Source of the DNA: Leucoraja ocellata
Taxonomy: Eukaryota
Assembly: GCA_036785375.1 (NCBI GenBank)
Contig: JAWMAR010000463.1
Span: 868,001 to 932,000, forward strand
Direction of reading: 5' to 3'
Length of the DNA stretch: 64,000 nucleotides
The position numbers and the translations under genes were made by a program. Shown here in pieces: positions 1-12,000 of the stretch. The first letter of the stretch is position 1, and every line of letters begins with the position of its first letter. The notes under the pieces were generated by a model. That model was not told where the DNA came from and searched no databases. It saw only the letters and a list, made by a program, of their open reading frames with translations.

Positions 1-1764
1 GATTTTGATAAAGGTCATTTTTATACATTTTGGTTTCACCATGTAGAAATGACAGCAGTGTTTATACCTTGGTGCCTGCCCCCCCCCCCCCCCCCCCCGC
101 CATTTCAGAGCACCATAATGTTGCTCTGGGGACACAGCAATGCTGTGTTAATGAAAGTAGTCATGTTTAGTATTGTGTTGCATATCCTTTGCATGAAATG
201 ACTGCTTTAAGTCTGTGATTCATGGACATCTCCAGTTGCCGGATGTCTCCTCTGGTGATGCTCTGCCAGGCCTGTATTGAATCCATCTTTAGCTTATGAT
301 TGTTTTGGGGGCTAGTCCTATTCAGTTTCCTCTTCAGCATATAAAAGGCATGCTCCATTGTTTCAGATCGGGTGATTGACTTGGCCAGTCAAGAATTGAC
401 AATTTTTTAGTTATGGAAAAGCTCCTTTGTTCCTTTAGCAGTTTGTTTGGGATCATTGTCTTGCAAGAGAATGAACCACTGGCCAATGAGTTTTGGGCCA
501 TTTGTTTGAACTTTAGCAGATAGGATGTTTCTATAAACTTCAGAATTCATAGAAAATAGGTGCAGGCGGAGGCCATTCGGCCCTTCAAGCCTGCACTGCC
601 CTTATTTGTGATCATGGCTGATCGTCCCCAATCAATAACCATACCTGCCTCCCCCCCCCCCCCCCCCCCCATAACTCATATGCTTCTACCATCAGCAATT
701 GTATCATCAATGAATATAAGTGAGCCAGTACCTTCACCAGCCATACATGCCCAAGCCATAACTCTCCCACCACTGTTTCACAGATGAGGTAGTATGCTTT
801 GGATCTTGGGCAGTTCCTTCTCTCCTCCATACTTTGCTCTTGCCATCACTCTGATATAAGTTAATCTTCGTCTCATCTGTCCACAAGACCTTTTTTCCAG
901 AACTGTGGTTCCTCTTTTAAGTACTTCTTGGCAAACTGTAACCTGTCTCTTATTTTTGTGGCTGGCCAGTGGTTTGTATCTTGCAGTGTAGCCTCTGTAT
1001 TTCTGTTTGTGAAGTCTTCTACAAACGGCGGTCATTGACAAATCCACACTGGCTCCTGAAGAGTGTTTCTGATCTGTCGGACAGGTGTTTGGGGGGGTTT
1101 TCTTTATCATAGAGATAATTCTTCTGTCATCAGCTTTGGAGGTCTTCCTTGGCCTGCCCAGTAAGCTCACCAGTGCTTTATTTCTTCTTAATGATGTTCC
1201 AAATAGTTTGATTTTGGTAAGCCTAAGGTTTGGCTGATGTCTTTAACAGTTTTATTCTTGTTTCTGTCTCATAATAACTTAGTTGACGTTCATTGGCCCA
1301 ACTTTGTCCTCATCTTGATAAGCAGCAATAAAAGTTTCCAAAGATGACAAAGACTAGTGGCTGAGAGCTCTCTTATACCTGCATTAAGGAGGCAATTAAA
1401 CATACCTGGGCAATTATGAACACCTGTGAAGCCATATGTCCCAAACATTATGGTGCCTTGAAATGGGGGGGGGGGGGGGGGGAGACGGGGGACTAGGTAT
1501 AAACACAGCTGTAATTTCTACATGGTGAAACCAAAATGTATAAAAATGGCCAATTCTTGACTGGCCAAGTCAATCACCTGATCTGAACCCAATTGAGCAT
1601 GCCTTTTATATATTGAGAAAACTGTATAAAAATGGCCTTTATTAAAATCTGATAATGTGCACTTTAACCAATGTCATTTTTTCTATTACAAATCTCAAAT
1701 TGTGGAGTACATAGGCAAATAAATAAATGATGGGTCTTTGTCCCAAACATTATGGAGGACACTG
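1..1764 (-). mobile_element. Decayed Tc1/mariner DNA transposon with long IR/DR-type TIRs
   Basis: Minus-strand remnants GRPRKTS...DRRII, WTDETKIN and WPSQSPDL. Right TIR ends ...cccaaacattatggaggacactg|TA at 1764 and is inverse to bases 1-130. The left end extends beyond the window. Confidence 0.88.
548..650 (-). mobile_element. CR1/HER1-type LINE 3' tail inserted in the Tc1 element (similar tails at about 15300-15385, 17270-17370, 38140-38288, 56595-56632)
   Basis: Recurrent ggccgaatggcct..cctgcacctattttctatg tail. Confidence 0.6.
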
Positions 1765-2904
1765 TAGTTGGAGGAATGCAAACTGATTGTGGTTGGAGGG
1801 TGAAGTTATTTACAGTTCTCCATGAATTGAGTGGAGCCTGGCAAATTGGTTTTGAATTGAAACTTGCTGTAGATCTATAATTTGCTGCAAATTGAAATTT
1901 TATTAAAAAATTACAAACTTGCATCTAAAGTTTTTTTACGGGATATTTTATTTTCTGAGACAAATGTAAGCCACCATTTTGTATGCTGTTTTTGCTTCCT
2001 TTTTGTAGTACAGTGAAGAACTGGCCCATTTAGACCATTGTGCTTTAAAATAATTATCCAGTGTCTTTATCTGCTTCACTTTCACGTCCAACTAATTCTT
2101 GTTTTTTTTTTCCACTCCACCTGCACAAGCCCCTTCTCTAAATTGTTTTTTATGTACAGATCTTCATTTGATAGTTTCAACTGCTCTTCTGGTTGTACAA
2201 TGCACATCCGCATTCATGATGTATCCCCTCCTTTGGGGGGGGGGGGGGGATTAATTAAAATGCATTATTTTAAAGTAATTTCTCTAAAGGGACTAGTTGT
2301 TTCCAAATTATTTGGCAATCCTTCAGATTATTGAAACTGTCCAAATTTACCTGAATCTATCTGAAGGAGGATCTCAACCCAAAAAGTCACCTATCTTCTC
2401 CAGGGATGCAGCCTGATCTGCTGAAGTACTCCAGCACTTTGTCTTTTTTGGTAAATCAGCAGCTGCAGTTCCTTGTTTCCTCAGGTTTATCCTTCTGGAT
2501 TTAAAGAAGTTTCACACTTGTTTCTTCTCCTGATTACAATAAAGCTCTGCATTCTCTTAGTGTTGAAAACCTTGTTATGGTGCTCAGGATTGCATGCAAA
2601 AGGGTGCTTACATGCATTTGTCTAAATGTGTATGCCTTGATTTGTCAATTTGTCCTACAAGTTCCAAATGGTCTTTAAAAAACACTTGATTTTTTATCAT
2701 TTTATTACTAAAGGTTATTGTTGGTTGGTAATGCATTAACTTTTTATTTTTACCGTTGTTTTGAAGTTGAGTTGGTATTTTCATGTTACATTTTGGTATG
2801 CCAATCTTGACAATGACGACTTGGCTCTGAAGTTAGGCTCTGGTCAGGAAAAAAGGCATGGTCCAGAATAGGCAGCTGGGATCAAGTGTATACCTGGAGT
2901 AGTT

Positions 2905-4120
2905 TGGGTGCTGGAGGAGCAGGACCATAAGGAAATCAGGAGGGCTTAAAGGAGGGGTGTGAGATGGCTTTGGCAGATAAAATTGAGAATCTAAAGGCAT
3001 TTCTTAAGTATATTGAGGGTAAGTAGTTAGAGAATAGGTGACATCTATGTGGGGAACTATGGAGAAGTGTAAAGTCCTCAATTAATATTTCTCTGGTTTT
3101 TACTCTAGAAAATGACATTAAGACAGGGGGTTTGGGACAGTGTGTATTGCAGTTGATTGGGTGCTGGATGTACTAAGGCATGTGAATGTAGATGAATCTG
3201 GACTTGATCAGATATATCTGAGGATGCTGTAGGAAGCTGAAGAAGAAAAAATTGCAGAGACCCTGGCTGAGATATGAACTGTCATTGGACACTGGTGTGG
3301 TGCTGCAAGACTGGAGGGTGACTAATGGTGTGCCTCTAAGAAGGGCTGCGAGGAAAAAGCCTGGAAACTATCGATCAGTTAGCCTAACATCTGTGGTGGG
3401 ATGCTTGGGAGGGGAATCCAAGCAAGTATGAGGTGTTGCACTTTGGAAGGTTGAATATGAGGAGGGGGGGGGGGGGGGGGGAGAAAGAGACCTTAATGGC
3501 AAGACCCATGACCGAATTGATGTAAGAGTGTTTTTGGGATCCAAGTCCATAGCTCTCTGAGTGGCAAGATAAGTGCTAAATGATGTATATGGTATTGCTT
3601 AGTCATAGGTTGGGGCATTAAATATAAAAGACAGGAAGTCATGTTGCAGCTTTAAGACCTTGGTTGGACCGTATTTGAAATTGTGCGTGTATTTCTGGTC
3701 GTCCTGTTACAGGAAGGATGTGTAGATTTTGGAGAGGGTACAGGGGTTTACAACAATTCTGTCTAAATTGGAGATATTGGCTGTACGGCGAGGTTGGACA
3801 AGCTTGGACTGTTTTCTCTGGAACATTGGAGGTTAAGGTGGACCCGATGGTACGTAAAAATGAGGCATAGAAAGGGGAGCCCTTCGAACCTTTTTTCCAA
3901 GGATAGGTTTTCAAAAGCTAGAAAGCATAGTTTTAAAGTGAAAGGGGCAACTTGTTTTGCACTCTGGGTGCTTGCAAGTGCTGGTGGCTTTTAGATAGAA
4001 ATGTTGATGTCCAGTGAAGATGTACATGGATCATTTGCAAGTGGGGAAGATTGGTTTAGTTTGGCATTCTCAGTGTAGATATTGTTGGTTGAAAGTCCTG
4101 TTCCTGTGCTGTTCTAGTTC
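2905..4120 (+). mobile_element. Degenerate CR1-clade LINE ORF2 fragment
   Basis: CR1-like RT segments (gactggagggtg.ctaatg, ggaaactat.gatcagttagcctaacatctgtggtggg) with frameshifts. Confidence 0.7.
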
Positions 4121-5459
4121 TGCATTTCTAATTAAATAGTCTACCACTTTCATGGTTAAACAAGTTTCCATTTGCAGAAGATCCAAATTTCTATCACACT
4201 TGGGATTGTAAATATTGATCAAAATTTCCCCTTCCAATCTAAATGTTCCCAACCACTAAAAATGCTCTATTCTTGTATTTTCGGATGTTTAATTAAATCA
4301 TCTCTAAATAATGGGGATATAACACTATTTTCTGTAATTATTGTAATTTAACCCAGTAGTTAATTGTTTTGCCACAAGCCCAATACACGAAAGCTGCGTG
4401 CAGTTCAGCACTTCAGATTTCTAGATCTAGTCTAATAAGCTGTTTGATCTGCAGCCTAACATCTGTCGCCCTATAATTCTGTCCTTGGCTGTAATGTAAA
4501 AATTATTTGAACCTTTTTCTGTACCTGTTTGACATTTTGTGCATTAGCTGCAAAATCTTAGAAGCTCCATTGCCTCGGGCTTTTTATCATTTGGAAAGTG
4601 GTGAGCTATGCTTTGCAGTTCACTGATTTACTGAGTCCATTTCAGCTGCTGCTATACTGCTTAAGTTGCCACTAGTTTTTAATCTTGTCAGAATCTTGTG
4701 TATAAATATTGACAATAGTTGTGTGATAATGCACCCTGAAGGTGCTGAAACCTATCCTTTCAATTTGAGAGCCTGTCTTTTTTTTAAATGATTATTTGTT
4801 GATTTCCAAGCCACTTTTCATTCTGTTCAGTGACCTTATGCCCCCCACCCCACCCCAAATGGGTGGATCAATTGCCTTCCGCTGATAATATCAATCCCAA
4901 GGCATCCACCATTTTAACCCCTTTAGTACATTCAGTGTATTTTGAAATTACTTTTGGAGTACTGCCTCTGAAGAAATATGAACTTAATTTTCCATAATCC
5001 AATTAATTAGGAATTGTTTTCATCAAAAAGGAAGTTGCTGGGCTGTCCAACCTCAACAAAGTCCATCTTGCCCATCACGCAGATTCACAGAACACATTTT
5101 TGAAAATTCAAATGCAAATCTAACTTCAGTTACGTTCAAGATAAAATTTGAAATGACACAAATGTTAAATATGAGAACTATAAATAAAGCCTCTTATTTT
5201 GATTTGGCTACACTAAAAATGCTGATGCTTCCCCACCCACCAATACTGTGACGGTTCACTGCACTTGAAGCCAATTCGGTGTAGCCACCTTCACTGCCAA
5301 ATGGTTCCAAGGTTTAACTGTTAAACTTTACCAGCAAATTGAGCACTACAGAGTTGAAGATTAAATCCTACAAGTGCATAATTGCTAACTTCTGTCCTCC
5401 AAACCCCTTGTGTCTGATGCCTTGTCTCTTTTGTCGGTGCTTCCCATGTCAATTTTCAC

Positions 5460-5945
5460 ATTGTGAAGACCGCCAGCAGGATTACTGGTGCTCCACTCTC
5501 TTTCCTGCTGGACATATACAGGAAGAGATGTATCAGCAGAGCCATCTCCATCATCAAAGACCCCTACCACCCATCGCATCACATATTCTCCATCTTGCCA
5601 TCTGGGAAGAGGTACAGGAGCATTAGCTGCAAAACCAGCAGGATGCTCCTCAGCTTCTTCCCGCAGGCTATAAGACTGATAAACGGACTTTGCCCCCTGC
5701 CAAAGTATCGCGCACCAACCATCAACCTGGACACACTGCAGCAGAGCCACTGTCGTGCCGCTGCCGATCGGGACGCCTGTTGATGTTTAGTAGAGAGTAG
5801 TGTTTAATTTGTTCATGATATATGTATTTTTATTTCTATTTATTTTTTTACTGCACACTGAATGGACACTGGTTGAGCAACGTTTTTTTGTTTCCTCTGG
5901 GTATGTGAGTACTCGGGGAAAATGACAATAAAGATTTCATTTCAT
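5460..5945 (+). mobile_element. 5'-truncated Rex1/Babar-type LINE 3' end
   Basis: ORF 5463-5783 IIKDPYHPSHHIFSILPSGKRYRS...SFFPQAIRLIN is typical of these LINE C-termini; caataaa plus short-repeat tail. Confidence 0.8.
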
Positions 5946-6652
5946 CCATGCAAGAGAAAACTGGACTCTTGGGAGACTAGCATTATAGAAGACTGCGTAT
6001 TAATAGACTGTAACTAACATTAGGCTGAAGATGTGTCAAAGATGAAACTGAAGTAGTTGCAATCACGTCTTGACATAAATACTTGATGGATTGTTTTGCT
6101 TTTCCTATTTGAGGTCTTGATCATAGAAATCAAATTTTTCTGTGCTCAAATAGCAATAACATCATTTGACGTGTTATTACCGAGACTTATGAGTGATGCA
6201 AATACATGGGGGCATCCAAATCTGTTTCCTCCACAACTCTGACCAATGTCATAGGCGTGCCACTTGGTTTGAATCCTGGAACTCTCAACCAAACTGCACA
6301 TGTATGTCCTTTACCAGAAGATGCGTTTCCAAAAGGTTGCTCTCTATTAGTATCGACAGTGAGAATGGGCCGAGACGCCCAGATCTTGGGTTGCTTTATT
6401 GCAGTTATCAAATACACGCTGGCATTGTCATACATTGGTTTCTTTTTGGGAAGACGAGGCTAACACTATGGTTTTAATCTTCGCAAAACAGTGTATACTT
6501 CTTTCTAATATACCTATCCTAGTTGAACAATGAAATGTGCTGTCTTGCTAACACTTCCGTATGACCAAATTGAAGAGATGCAACACATGTTAGTTGGTTT
6601 GCCAATATGTTTAAAACAGACAGAAAATTGACTTTTGCTCCTTTTTGTCCAG

Positions 6653-6726
6653 GAAAAGCTGCTAGAAATCAAAGAGTACCCATATGCAAAGCAGAGACCC
6701 GCATGTCTTCTGGAAAAGTATGACAG
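6653..6726 (+). CDS. EIF4ENIF1: 4E-T exon EKLLEIKEYPYAKQRPACLLEKYD(S); 3' half of the YxxxxLL eIF4E-binding motif
   Basis: ccag acceptor and gtaagg donor; resembles human EELLDIKELPHSKQRPSCLSEKYD. Confidence 0.92.
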
Positions 6727-8971
6727 GTAAGGTTGCTCAAAGTTTCTTGACTAAAATGAGTTGCGGTTGAACTTTAATTGAGAAATGCAGGTGTGAGTTA
6801 TATTTTGACCTTTTCAACAATTTCTACAGATGCATGGTAAAAACTTCATAATGGGCATAGATAGGGAAGGTAGATTGGCGTTTTTATGGTGGAATGCCAA
6901 ATACTAGAGCAAATAAATTTAAGCTGAGAGAAAGAAAATTTAACGGAGATTTGCAAGGCAAATTTTTTTTTTTTTTTTGCACCAACTGGTAGGTACCTGG
7001 AACATGCTGATGATGAATGGCAGCAGGTTCACCTTGGGAGTCATTTAAACAGGCACATGTTCTGTACTCCATTTAGACATTGGCGTACCAAACCAAGGGC
7101 AAATTTCTAAACCTTGACATGAATTTACCTATTCCCAAAACTACCATTAGTTATGAATACTCTCTTTTCAACTATATTCATTTGGGTACATTAAATTGTA
7201 GAATCAAGCTAGAACTTTGAATATTTTTTTAATTGGCTTCACGGTCAATCAAGTTGCTGTCAAAATAGAAGATAATAGCAAGCCAGCTAATGAAGCAAAT
7301 TGTGAAAAAATGAAGGTTATGATGCGAGTTAAGCAAGTGGGTGTGACAGAAGTATTAGTGGTGGAAATGTGACATAATACATTTTTTCCAATTAAAATGG
7401 ATAATCGAAGTAAGTTTTCACAACTTGGATGCAGAAAGATCCATGTCCTTGTACAAAAGGTTAACATGTTGGTACAATAAACAAAACTAACAATGTCAGG
7501 ATTTTGTGAGGGGAAATTGGATAGACAGTACATAGTTATGTTTTGCTTCTGGGCTTTGCCAAGGATAGTACAGTATTGGCCTCGAGTAAGAATGTTAATA
7601 TTTTGGAAGTAATTCTACGAAGGTTTTCTACAGTGGTACCTTGCAAGCCTAGTCTGCAATTCTTCGTTCTGCCGAGTCCAGAGTAAGTGAACCCAATTGA
7701 AATATATGGCCCTGAAGGCTATTAACGGGGTGAATGTGAAAAGGGTTTTTTATCTTCCAGAATTATCTGCAACTTGTCATTGTTCAAAGCAACGAATACT
7801 CATTTGAGACTAGTTTGTTTCAATGGTCAACAGTTGATGTACCAGCAGAATTGAAACAAAAGTCAATGTCACTTTTTAAAATTTGCTTAGCATGCTGTAT
7901 ATCCAGTCTATTTTCAGTCGTGTTCCAATGAACTGTATAATTGCTCACCTGGTATTTCCCTAGTGAAGGCATCTGGGACCCTGAAAAGTGGCATGCATCC
8001 TTGTATCCCACTTCTGGCAGAAGTTCACCATTGGATGGAACTAAGAAAGACAATGCTTCAGACCTGGAGAGAGCAGTTCTGAAGCGCAGAATTGCAGGTG
8101 AGTGGTAGAAAGCAATCTGTTAATTTCGAATCTATTTGCAATTTTATGCTTATTTCACTTGGGTCAACTTGATAACATCTTGACTATATGATCAGGTTGG
8201 CTGAGTAATGAATCTTGCATGTTGACCCTTGTTTTATACACAAGAACGCAAAGCAAAAAAAAATATTTGGCCCAGTCAGTTGTGTGCTTTGGCGATTATT
8301 GTCCTGTAATGCACTCTGGTTCCGAGCACCCAACTCGGACAGTAATGCGCTTGTAGCTAATTGTACCAATTCTAATCGTGACGGTGTTGAACCTAGCTTG
8401 CGTGGTTCTTGGTATGAGTACTTCAGAATCTCTGAAGAACTAATGAATTGTTTTTTTTCTTAAAGAAAGGCATAAAGGCAGCCTTTTTCTCAACCTTTTC
8501 TTAAAGACAGCCAGATGTGGGAATAATTGAAGGGTTCAAATATTCCAGTCACTGAAGTCTGAGGTGTTGCTTCCAGCAGTTGTTGACTGCCTTTGTTTCT
8601 TATCAGTGGACTGGGCTTTGGGTGTTCTTAATGGATTTTGTGGTGCTGAAGAACCTGTACATGTCATGGCTATAGGCAAATTACTGGCCTTTTGTACTGT
8701 CCATTATTTGTTCTTTTTTTTGTTTACTGGCACTTTGCCTTTGCTAGTATAAAGCTGTTCCACTTCTCCTTAAGGTGAAAGGATCTTCCATTTTAGGAAT
8801 GCCTATGTTTACAGTTAATAGGCTCCTCTGCATCTTGGTCATTCTTATCACTGTTCTTTTCTGGAAAAAAAACAAGGGTTCTGGGTGCCTTTTATGGCAG
8901 ACCTCCTGGCAACCCGTAAGTTCAGGATGCTGGTACGAGTACTTCAGAAGCTGTGAAGGACTAATGAGCTG

Positions 8972-9005
<34 letters not shown>

Positions 9006-12000
9006 CATCGGATCGAAGTGGAAATGGAAAAATTGAAGTAGATGCTGATTTGTGAGGAGCTGCCTGAGAAGCGCTAGCTTAATGGGGTCCTTCAAAGCTT
9101 TTGCATCTTTTGGCAACCAAGTTGTCACCTGTCGCATCGGGAAAGAAAATTATATTGCATAGGATCATGGTATTTGTGAACATCAGCAAAGGAGATGACC
9201 CCAATCAAGTACAGAGGGGCGTATCTGCTGCAGGAACCACCATTACCAAGGTTAACCTTGGTTGTTACCATAGAGCTGCTTCCTCAATCCATTGTAAACA
9301 TAACATGGAGCCACAATGGACATAATATGACTAGTGCATGGAATAAGGAACACCCGCCTGTATACATGGCCTGTGACTTCTTCAAGCCTTTGAATCCATG
9401 GAGTGGGCTGCATGTACTTGTGGTAGGAGTGTCCTGCCTCCCAAACAGGCCATCATCTGTGGGAATTTGGGGTCCCTCATTATCCACATCAGAACGTACA
9501 AAACTGCAGTGGAAGTAAGCCGTGCACTGATAGATTTTCTTGGAGCAAAAGCTGCATCTAAGAAAATTGCTAGTGCAAATTACATTGAGTCTGTCTCCTT
9601 GTGCAGTCAAGCAGCATGCTTGCAATGCAACAGCTGTTTCCAGAAGTGTGACAGTGATCTCATCTTAGCATGCTGTGTCATTTGAGCTGGAAATAAGCTT
9701 TGCTGGGTGTAAAAGACAGGACTGTTAAAATTGAAGTAATTGACAAATGTTTTTCAGAACTAAAGCTGCATAAGTATGAAGCAAAACTTATTTTCCCAGT
9801 TACAATGCCCTCCATAATGTTTGGGACAAAGACCCATCATTTATTTATTTGCCTCTGTACTCCACAATTTGAGATTTGTAATAGAAAAAAAATCACATGT
9901 GGTTAAAGTGCACATTGTTAGATTTTAATAAACATTATGGAGGGCACTGTATCACTGCATGGTCTAGTGATGCAGACTGTAAATTCTGGCTCCGCATCCA
10001 TTCCTGAGGCAGCTACTTGGAAAATAACTGTGATATGGGGGAAGAAATTGATTATCTATCATTAGTATTCAATGGGCAATTGCTTCCAAAATTCTGTTCT
10101 GTTGGATCCAATTTTAATAAAGGCCATTTTTATAAATTTTGGTTTTACCATGTAGAAATTACAGTGGTATTTATACATAGTCCCCCCCCCCCCCCCCCCC
10201 CCATTTTCAGGACAACAATGTCATGTAATTGTAAGTAGTCGTGTTTAGTTCAGCTAGGATATGCATTTAAAACAGCAATTTCGTCAGTAACATTGGCAAA
10301 TATCTGGTATGGTTGTCAAAGTTGGCCAGTAGCACCCATGCTTAAGTTAAGTAGTTGGGTTGGGACATACCAAAACATTCCCAGGTATCTGTCATAGCTG
10401 CGTTTAGACTTATTGTTGTTAGTCTGCGGTACAGGAGATCCACGAGTTAAAGAAGACCTACCTTTCTAAAATCTGACCATGCAAATTCTCCCGGACTTTG
10501 CCTTTTCAGTATGGTACATAAATTGTTGCAGTAGGAAAGATAACCCGTAGAAAAATCCGACACTTTCTCCTAACATCATAAACACTGAGCCACTTCTCAT
10601 CAGTGGACTTTTATTAAACTGCCAATTAGTTTTCTTGCTGATTGGCAGATTGATGTTCCCCATCACTCCAGCTAGACTGCAGTCAGACAAACTGAACTTC
10701 TCCAGTCTACTTGCAAATCACTCCTGAAGGCTTAAGACTATTTTGGAAGAAATTGTGCATTTTCAACATGCAGCAAAAAGTTAATGAATAGATTTCAGAA
10801 ACATAACCCTGGGACCCCTTGCATTCCTTTTATCTGCTTGCCAAACACATTGTAAATATAACCATATGGAAACTACAGAATCAAAGCAATGTCATTCTCC
10901 AAGATGGATTACCATACACTTGTGTAATTTGCACCTGCATTTTATTTTATTTTTTACCCTCTTCCCTCTGATATTGTGGAGCAGGATGTTTATCCAGCAT
11001 TACAATGTTAACAAATTTCTCCAAATTGGGGCTTTGCTTACTGTTGCGATTTTTGACATGGAGCAAGTATGTTTCATACTTTTTATGAAGGAAGCATTAT
11101 GCATTTTTGTGGAATTGGTACATAGGATGCTGGCAGCTTTAAATGTCAGATGTTGCAAGAGGTCATTTTAAATGCCCAGCAGTAAACTTAAACCTAAATT
11201 GTAATTTGGTGTTTTGCAACTGAATTTTGAGCAATACAGAATGGTCCATCATAACTTTATAGTGATTCTGAATCAAAATATCAAATCTCTTCCCCACCCC
11301 ACATTGAAATGCCCTGAGTATTGATTTAACAATTTAACATATCCTAAATTTCGAGGAAATTGGGAACTTGAGTTTGTCTGTCATTACTATGCATGAGAGT
11401 TGAGGAATTGCATGTCGGTGAGATGCCTTGCAAAGAGTGAAGGATGTGCTCTGTCGAATGGAAGCACAGTTCACTTCTGTTTTAAGGTGTATGAGTTATG
11501 CCCATTAACTTAGCCTTTGGTTTGGTTTATTTGGTTAAATTAGATGAGTGAGAAACAACTTTATACAGAAATGCCTGTTAGTTTTTAAATTAATGATGCA
11601 GAGTGTTTTTCAGTGCTGCCTTTCTGAGGTAAAGTTTTAAGTTTTTGTTTAAATATCTGTCTATCCAACATCAGGGATTGTATATTTAAACTGCATTGTC
11701 ATCAATCAGGCTTTATTGGCCACTGTTTGCCTAGAAATGGTTTAAACAGATTTCAAGGCTGCAAAGTGTTTTGTCTTGTACTCGGGGCAACCAGCAAACT
11801 AGAAATCTTTAATCCTTGCATTTGTGATCACATTTATGCAACCAAAGATAAATTCCACTTATCTTCCTTTGACTTGTACTGAGTATTTATCCAATCCTTG
11901 AGGGGCAACCTGGCTCTGCCTCAACTCATGACAATGTTCTTTTGTAAGGAAAAGCAGAGGGTTGCTGAAATTGTTCAACTGCTGTTCACTTGGCTAATAA

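Noticed and set aside
4381-4395. TAC ACG AAA (YTK) as a possible end of the missing first 4E-T coding exon
   Set aside because: No GT donor follows and there is an in-frame stop shortly upstream; the exon is probably 5' of the window.
9040-9700. Cluster of 70-110 aa ORFs on both strands in an EIF4ENIF1 intron
   Set aside because: No recognisable protein family or splice-consistent structure; probably decayed repeat sequence.
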